Positions 56,925-64,000 of a DNA stretch of 64,000 nt are shown one piece after another. The translations under genes and the position numbers were made by a program. Origin of the DNA: Tetramitus jugosus (taxonomy: Eukaryota; Protista; Heterolobosea); contig OW569384.1 of NCBI GenBank assembly GCA_937625935.1, positions 368,433 through 432,432 on the forward strand, read 5' to 3'. Below the pieces are notes generated by a model. It searched no databases. It worked only from the letters and a program-made list of their open reading frames with translations, and was not told the DNA's origin. Position 1 is the stretch's first letter; the number at the start of each line of letters is the position of its first letter.

Positions 56925-59132
56925 ATGTCCACTAACATGAAGAAACATATTATTACTGTGGTGATGACCATTATGGCTTCACTCTTGCTCTTCTCTGTCA
57001 CTTCCATCAATGCACAGTGCATTGGTGTCACTGGTTACATTTCTGCCGACTGCCCTCAAGGAACTCTTCCAAACTCCACAACCATTATTGGATACTTTTC
57101 TGGTGATGCCTTCTATGAAGCTGGAACGAGTACTACCACTATTCCAGGTGCCAGTATCTCTGCAGGTGGTAAGATTGGCAATTACTTCCACTCACAAGGA
57201 GATCTGGTCTTGGACTTTGGACCTTCTTTCGTAGATGATGATGGAATCAATACCATCTCCTTCTTTGCAAAGGTTGAATCTGTACATAACTGGACTGCGA
57301 ATCCAACAGTCCCAGTGGCTACTTTCATGGCAGATGCCGGAACTCGTAGCATCACTGTTCAATTGGTCTCTGCGACCCCCAACATCAATTTGGTTGTCAG
57401 TTACATTTCTGCAGTCAATGAAACAACTACTTTTACTACCACATATGCCCTCTCTACAGATACAGTGTTCCATGAGAATTGGAACAATATTGTGATTGTG
57501 AGAGCCTCTAGTCCTCTAGTACCAGTCGAAGGAGTTTCCATTTTCATCAATGGAAAGTCAACTACTGATGGGATGCTCATTACAGATGGTGATGCACTAC
57601 AGAGAACATTTGCCATTGATGCAACTGGTCACTTGTTTGGAGGTGATTTTGCCTACATTGATGAAGTTTCCGTTTGGAGCAACTCTGTGCTAGAAGTAGA
57701 TGTTCCAACTATTGCGGGTATCTATGCGAATGGTTATTGCACTGGTTGGGAATCACAATATGGTGGTCCAGATCCAATTTTCGCTGCTTCATATGCCAAT
57801 GATGTTCTTACCATTGATGTCACTGTTCCAAAGAACTCATATCAAACAGTGTTGTACAGAATTGACAACACACCTAACCTGAGAGATGTGTGTTTGACAA
57901 ATGCAGACAGTTTTACAACCAGTGCTGGTGCCAGCTGGAAAGATGATCCAGAGCAAAAGTGTAGTCAAACATTCTCTTTGAATCAAACTCTGACTCAAAT
58001 ATACACTGGTGCTGCACCAAATCAGTGGGTTGTGTCTCTTACACAAGGAGGTAGAACCATTGATCAGAGATTGGACATTTATGTCACTTATTCAGTCATC
58101 AACCCCAATGCATGTTACACTGTGTCTTCAAAGGTTACCATTACTCTTCAGACATATCTGACTGCCCAAGCCTCCGCAAACTTTACCACTTTGGATGATC
58201 AAGCATCATTTGCGATCACAAACATGTTCATCAACACAAATGATGAATTGGAAATTGATGGTGCTCTGGTCAGGAAGCTTCCAGGTATCTCATTCAACAA
58301 TATTCTCCTCACTAGGATGGCCAATAGCATTTCGTATACTGGTTCAAGCACTGAGTGTACCTATCCAAATGGAAACTCTTGTGCTCTGACATTCACCAAG
58401 GACTGGAAACTGTTGAACAGTGGCAATAGAGGTGTTGGTGGAGATCACTCTTTGACCTTTAACAGAGTGAATGGTGGTACACTCGAGATTGATTTCACAA
58501 TGAGCTACACTGTTCCAGCCCAACCTGCTATTATCTCAGGAGACACACTCTCCTCTGTCATCTCATTCTCTGCTCCTGATTCACTTTTCAGAACACAGGA
58601 CACAATGCATGTGACAAACCAATTGGATGGAACACCTACGCTGCCAACAAACTACGATTTCACCTTTGTTGAAGGATACTTTTGCTGTGTTCGTTCTCCG
58701 AATGCATTACCCATTTATGGAGTGAATGGAAATGGTTGTCAAAGTGCAATTCTTGGTAGAAACAACATTGTTGAGAAGACACATTTGGTCCTTGGCTCCA
58801 CTGGTCTAACTGTTACACAAAAGGTGATACAAAGATCATATGCTCTGGATCTGGTTTTGAACAACATGATCACAGTGAGCAGAAAACCATTGCAAAATCC
58901 ATTGACATGTGGATTACTTCTCTTCTCCAATTTCACTGATACCACACTTGCTAGATCTGTCAAAATGGTAGCCGACATTGATTTGCGTACAGCCAAGGTG
59001 ACTACCACAAGTGTTCTACGGCTCCAAGACGATGAAACTACCAAATCCAACGACAGTAGCAAGGACAAGATCAATGCTTTATTGATTGCTGTTTTGTCCG
59101 TTGTCTGTTCAGTGGCTTCAATGTGGCTCTGA
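56925..59132 (+). CDS. Cell-surface glycoprotein: signal peptide, LamG/ConA-like jelly-roll, further beta-rich domains, C-terminal GPI-type or TM hydrophobic tail
   Basis: TISFFAKV..WNNIVIVR..IFING..YIDEVSVWS LamG-like pattern; many N-x-S/T sites; ends in a polar spacer plus LLIAVLSVVCSVASMWL. Confidence 0.75.
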   Translation: MSTNMKKHIITVVMTIMASLLLFSVTSINAQCIGVTGYISADCPQGTLPNSTTIIGYFSGDAFYEAGTSTTTIPGASISAGGKIGNYFHSQGDLVLDFGPSFVDDDGINTISFFAKVESVHNWTANPTVPVATFMADAGTRSITVQLVSATPNINLVVSYISAVNETTTFTTTYALSTDTVFHENWNNIVIVRASSPLVPVEGVSIFINGKSTTDGMLITDGDALQRTFAIDATGHLFGGDFAYIDEVSVWSNSVLEVDVPTIAGIYANGYCTGWESQYGGPDPIFAASYANDVLTIDVTVPKNSYQTVLYRIDNTPNLRDVCLTNADSFTTSAGASWKDDPEQKCSQTFSLNQTLTQIYTGAAPNQWVVSLTQGGRTIDQRLDIYVTYSVINPNACYTVSSKVTITLQTYLTAQASANFTTLDDQASFAITNMFINTNDELEIDGALVRKLPGISFNNILLTRMANSISYTGSSTECTYPNGNSCALTFTKDWKLLNSGNRGVGGDHSLTFNRVNGGTLEIDFTMSYTVPAQPAIISGDTLSSVISFSAPDSLFRTQDTMHVTNQLDGTPTLPTNYDFTFVEGYFCCVRSPNALPIYGVNGNGCQSAILGRNNIVEKTHLVLGSTGLTVTQKVIQRSYALDLVLNNMITVSRKPLQNPLTCGLLLFSNFTDTTLARSVKMVADIDLRTAKVTTTSVLRLQDDETTKSNDSSKDKINALLIAVLSVVCSVASMWL

Positions 59133-59766
59133 TCTTCACGAGAAAAACCAGCAGTGAGCCATCCAGCTGTAGAGACTGTTGAGATATGAACAATGTTGTA
59201 CAAAGGGTAGGATATTAAAACTAATAATAGTTATTCAATTTAAAAGGTAAATATTTTCTCGTTTCGTCGTTACTTCTGCCTCGATATGATTCTCAATGCA
59301 ATGTAGAGGGTGAGGTCCTGTTTTGAGGGGGCTTGATTCGTCTGGGCTTGGTAGGTATGGCTTGTACTCTGAGTTTCTTGCTCTTTTGGCAGGTTGTTCA
59401 TTGGTTGAAGTGTATACCCAACACTTGTTGAAACCAAATGGCGAGTCCCATGTTATGCTGGTTATTATTAAATGAATGGACATCTTCTGTAAATGTAATG
59501 TCCTGACGCATGTCATGTACATCTAATGTCAAAATAAAAACTAATTTTCATTCCAGATGATGATTTGCACTTATGAGGTCATCATCATGAGAACTATATT
59601 GTTTTATTTAGTGAAAAGTTGATGGACAGCTGAGAGGAGAGACTGGAGCAACAGCAGCAGCAGTAGCACATGTAGCATATTTGAGAGATTTGAGAAGGAA
59701 TGAAGAAGAAATTACAAAAAACGATCCATATGGTCATTCTCACACTCCGTAGAGTCAATTGCTAGC

Positions 59767-60104
59767 TTAGAGAGCTCCATTACTCTCATGGACCATCGGA
59801 CAAATGAATTCCTTGTATGGGCCCCTTGGTTACATCGCAAAACGCGTTAAGACAAAGTCACAGGTCAGAATGAGTACATGAATGGTACTTACTTGGACTT
59901 GAAGTGGGAAATTGTTGAGTACATGGCTTTATTGATTTCAGAGGGTTGCTTCTAAACTACCAAGAATCATTCTCTTCCCAATAACGAATAAACCCATTCT
60001 TTAACAAATTGTTTGTTCTCTCGTGCTTGCTTAGCTGCTTCTAGAGGCTCTTTCAGTGACGCGTTTGTCTGTGGAACCCATTTGTCTTGGTGTTGTTTAC
60101 TCAT
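59767..60104 (-). CDS. Putative small spliced gene of about 75 aa (MSKQHQDKWVPQ...), or a pseudogene
   Basis: ATG in CAAC/ACA-rich context; one clear GTAAGT donor near 59890; the first intron needs a weak GTTTAT donor and is only about 42 nt. Confidence 0.3.
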
Positions 60105-61586
60105 TGTACAGTTGGTTTGAGTATGAGTTTGCATTGCTACTACACAGTAACTTTGTGATGATTGTGTTCTTAATTGTTGATTGAATTGTTGGTTTCTCGT
60201 TGAAGCGGTTCAACAAATCAACAAATTTTCTAAAATTCAACAAACAACAATAATTCTATAAATCCATGGCTACCCTCTTCAAGTACTTATTCTATCCGGT
60301 TCCTATCCCCTTCTCTTCGTTTGGATTTTTTAACCAGTCATTGACAGATGCTAATAACGGGGTCTGTCTATCACTACTATTGACCCTGTTTGATGCACAC
60401 AACGTTTTTGCTAGTTTCTAATGAAGTTGTAACAGGGTAACATTATACAGGAGTATGGTACAACAGATGAAATACCTGGGTGTTAAACTTAGATGGAATA
60501 GGATATCCGATGAGACTTTACTACTAATTGGTACTCTGATTAGCACTTGTTGTTGGTTTGTTATTGCACTGTCTCAAATTTATTGATCTCGTCTGTACAA
60601 CTCAGCTGTCTCACAGGATAGTAATACAGTAATACATGCGTTGCATTTTCATCTCTTTCTTCGCCTGCTGCCCCACCAAACATTTCACTCTTTCAAAGAA
60701 AGTCTGTCTGCTATGGCAATTTTAACTATACCCACATTATCTGTTCATACAAAACATTTCGATGAGAGTTTATTGTCAATTCTACCAATGCACAAGTATC
60801 AGTCCTTTATGAAAAAAAAGAGTGTTGATTGTCCGTAATAAATTGTTTTGAATTTGAGAAAAACAACGAGCATCAAGGGGAAAGGAATACTTACAAGTAT
60901 GCAGTTTTGGGCGATGATGAAAGAAGTGATTCACAAAGAGTAGAAAGTGTTGCTCGCTTCAAAAATAGTCAGTTCATTCAAGAAAACTTACTTGATAACC
61001 ATTGTTAATGTGTAGTATAGGTTTTGACAAAGAGTTGGTTGTGTAAAGTGTATGAGATGGTGTTTACTAACGTTTGTGTTGGTTTTTGTTGGGTGAAGGA
61101 GATCCTTTCTTTTATGCGCATCCCTCATGATGACGTCATCAAGGAAAATGTGTCCGATTCCTTCAATCGTGTTGCAAATATTCTAATAAGTGACACTTGT
61201 TTTTTGTTATTACAAAACGTCTCCTCGACTCCACTACAGTTCAGAATACCATTGTACAACAATAATCATGGCTGAGAACAAACGATACATCTCCAACATA
61301 TAGAAGGGGTCTCCATGGCACAATATCCGACTAACAGGTAATCAATGAATAGAAGGAATAAATGTAATGGACGAACTTGATCCATCAAGCTGTTGTTTAC
61401 CTCCCAAGATCGATAGAAATGCATTGGCTGGCCAACTTTGATTTTTGATAGATAGGAAAAGTCTCTATGTTTTTGATCACTCATATTCTTCTTCAATTCC
61501 TCAGAGAGAACTGGAAGTTGTCTTGTGATCCACAGTTGGTTTGCATTTCTATGGAGATATCACTTGACTCCTCTAAGACCTGATAC

Positions 61587-61775
61587 TTGTTCCACAAGAA
61601 GAGAAACCCTAGAGTTATCTTATGGACCGTCCTTTACAGAAAGCAACACAAGAAAGGAACACCAATCTGTTGCTCAAAGAAACCAAATCAGAGTCCGCTG
61701 AATCGAAGTCCAAGAAGTGTAGCGCAATCAAGGTCCAAAAGGCTTCCGTTGCCAAGAAGATTAGAAGATTAGTGA
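61587..61775 (+). pseudogene. RPL24: Fragment of 60S ribosomal protein L24 (eL24)
   Basis: LFHKKRNPRVILWTVLYRKQHKKG matches the eL24 KRNPR...WT..YR..HKKG motif; no N-terminus; followed by a K/A/S-rich tail-like segment in another frame. Confidence 0.7.
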
Positions 61776-61777
61776 AA

Positions 61778-61962
61778 AACAAGTCCCTTTTATTGAACAA
61801 TACACCGATGAGTACGGTGTTGAAAAATGGCGCGTAGCCGATGAAGCGATAGAACTCCTTGAGGGAATAGAGGATGAAGTATCAGTAGTCGGCATCATAG
61901 GAAAAACCGAACAGGTAAATCTTTTGTGATGAATAGACTGTTGGAGGTTGAGAAGGGAGGAA
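61778..61962 (+). pseudogene. N-terminal fragment of a guanylate-binding protein (GBP/atlastin-type GTPase), frameshifted in the P-loop
   Basis: VPFIEQ..WRVADEAIELLEGIEDEVSVVGIIGK, then after a frameshift near 61905 RTGKSFVMNRLLEVEKGG; compare the GBP consensus EAL.IL..I...V.VV.IVG.YRTGKSYLMN.L. Confidence 0.7.
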
Positions 61963-62041
61963 TTTACTTGGGTCAGATTGGGTCTTACAAGATCCATTGC
62001 ATGATGGAATACCCGAAACGATACGATGGTGTCTGCAGAAG

Positions 62042-62708
62042 TATGGGAGCGTCCAGATATTATGTTCACCTCTGACCCCCTCCCTGCCTGTTTTGAATAA
62101 ATTTGAATAACACATTTTCCTGTAAATTCGAACGTTACATTTATTCTCCTACTAGGATTGGGATCAAGAGACATTTGAAAAAATTCTCAGACCCCTCCCT
62201 AGGGGACCGTAAGAAATATGGACGATCCCTATATTATTTTCAGGGGAACGTATACTTGAAATAATTTGAAGAATAAATGTCTTGTCGTGACAAGCACGGG
62301 GTTATCAAGGTAGAAAGCCTTGGATTAGGTTAAGTACTGAAGTAACGACTGATTTGCTGATCCTATTGTGAATAATAAAGCACAGAATGATTGTGTAAGT
62401 TTCATATAAGGCAAAGCGTCCCTCATTTCAAAGATAAGCCAAACCAGCTTGCCTTTGATTGTTCCCTCGTCTAACTTTGTTCTTGTCTCATTCTGTTCCT
62501 TGTGTTCTTGTTCTGAAATACAACAATTGAGATTCTTTCTGTTCAAATTCTCTTTGAAGTTGTTGATTTTTTCCTTTTTAATTCCGTTACATCTGATTCT
62601 TCCACAAATGGGAAAGTCCAGATATTATTTCTTACGGCCCCTAGGGAGGGGGTCTGAGAAATTTATTCAAATATTTATTCATAGGGGTATACCTGGACCC
62701 TCCCAATA
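62042..62708. repeat. Nested imperfect inverted repeats (inner arms 62173-62223 and 62616-62672; outer arms 62042-62060 and 62689-62708); MITE/foldback-like
   Basis: TTCTCAGACCCCTCCCTAGGGGACCGTAAGAAATA versus its reverse complement TATTTCTTACGGCCCCTAGGGAGGGGGTCTGAGAA; TATGGGAGCGTCCAGATAT versus ATACCTGGACCCTCCCAATA. Confidence 0.7.
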
Positions 62709-63226
62709 TGTTATTTTGATTATTTAGAAGAGGCCTGTTAGAAGTAACATTCGACTGTACATCATCTATGGATTCAAACGCTTCAACTTCAGATCCGTTG
62801 GACTTTTTGTAATCTTCTTCCGTCCTTGAAGTGAAGAACAGTTTCATTTTCTTGATGTGTGAAAGTTGGTACAATGTCGGTTGACATTGTTGTGGTAATT
62901 ATGTTTTTGAATGAATTAACGATTAATTCTTAAAAATTGAGCGATTCAAGATCTACTTTTATCTCTATATATAGAGGTGTTTTATTGTCAATATAGATTC
63001 CGTCATACCGTTATAGAAAAAACAAATTGAAACAGCCGTATTGATCAAGCTATCGATTGTTTGGTTGCTCAACAATTTTTTTGAACGCAAACAAAAATGA
63101 CCACGCAAGACACCATCCTGTTCAAGAATGACAGATGAATCATATGTGGACAAGTGGTTTAACAAGAACAAGAGACCCAGAACAAGTAGTTGAACAAAAT
63201 CAAGATCAAGATCAACTTGCCGAAGA

Positions 63227-64000
63227 GGTTTGGGTTTGGGTTTGGGTTTGGGTTTGGGTTTGGGTTTGGGTTTGGGTTTGGGTTTGGGTTTGGGTTTGGG
63301 TTTGGGTTTGGGTTTGGGTTTGGGTTTGGGTTTGGGTTTGGGTTTGGGTTTGGGTTTGGGTTTGGGTTTGGGTTTGGGTTTGGGTTTGGGTTTGGGTTTG
63401 GGTTTGGGTTTGGGTTTGGGTTTGGGTTTGGGTTTGGGTTTGGGTTTGGGTTTGGGTTTGGGTTTGGGTTTGGGTTTGGGTTTGGGTTTGGGTTTGGGTT
63501 TGGGTTTGGGTTTGGGTTTGGGTTTGGGTTTGGGTTTGGGTTTGGGTTTGGGTTTGGGTTTGGGTTTGGGTTTGGGTTTGGGTTTGGGTTTGGGTTTGGG
63601 TTTGGGTTTGGGTTTGGGTTTGGGTTTGGGTTTGGGTTTGGGTTTGGGTTTGGGTTTGGGTTTGGGTTTGGGTTTGGGTTTGGGTTTGGGTTTGGGTTTG
63701 GGTTTGGGTTTGGGTTTGGGTTTGGGTTTGGGTTTGGGTTTGGGTTTGGGTTTGGGTTTGGGTTTGGGTTTGGGTTTGGGTTTGGGTTTGGGTTTGGGTT
63801 TGGGTTTGGGTTTGGGTTTGGGTTTGGGTTTGGGTTTGGGTTTGGGTTTGGGTTTGGGTTTGGGTTTGGGTTTGGGTTTGGGTTTGGGTTTGGGTTTGGG
63901 TTTGGGTTTGGGTTTGGGTTTGGGTTTGGGTTTGGGTTTGGGTTTGGGTTTGGGTTTGGGTTTGGGTGGGTTTGGGGTTTGGGTTTGGGTTTGGGTTTGG
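63227..64000 (+). repeat. Telomeric tandem repeat (TTTGGG)n, G-rich strand running toward the chromosome end
   Basis: About 774 bp (about 129 units) of near-perfect GGGTTT; only two variant units near 63967-63977. Confidence 0.96.

Noticed and set aside
63961-63980. Variant telomere units (TGGG, TTTGGGG)
   Set aside because: Two isolated homopolymer-length changes near the contig end; most likely consensus errors
1-64000. CRISPR arrays, tRNA/rRNA genes, intact transposase or reverse transcriptase ORFs, alternative genetic code or stop readthrough
   Set aside because: None seen; split ORFs are explained by canonical GT-AG introns and conserved genes end at standard stops

Overview
Gene-dense, AT-rich eukaryotic (protist) chromosome end read in the standard genetic code (TAA/TAG/TGA stops). 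Introns are short (about 57-184 nt), GT-AG, with GTA[AT]GT-type donors. The gene content (DRC5/TCTE1, bacterial-type propeller+EGF+TM protein, RCC1-like secreted protein, many ankyrin proteins, N/Q/T/H homopolymer runs) suggests a flagellate-capable amoeba such as a heterolobosean; this taxonomy is inference only. Positions 1-51 kb hold about 25 mostly housekeeping genes, including an LMBR1-family protein, two head-to-head MAP65/CCDC87-like paralogs, PP4c, NBR1-like, ARL2, RBM19, Rac, DRC5, a 2OG-Fe(II) oxygenase, Exo84, RPL23, dPGM, PCYT2, Ran, EI24-like, PSMB5, Man1/Src1, H2A.Z and PNP. Positions 51-63 kb form a subtelomeric zone of expanded-family genes, pseudogene fragments (ankyrin, RPL24, GBP) and a nested inverted-repeat element, ending abruptly in about 770 bp of (TTTGGG)n telomere. 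The most striking observation is an 879-aa purine nucleoside phosphorylase made of three tandem PNP domains. Domain 1 keeps the catalytic residues but has lost the loop normally donated to the neighbouring subunit; domain 3 looks catalytically dead but keeps that loop. This points to a single-chain pseudo-trimer.
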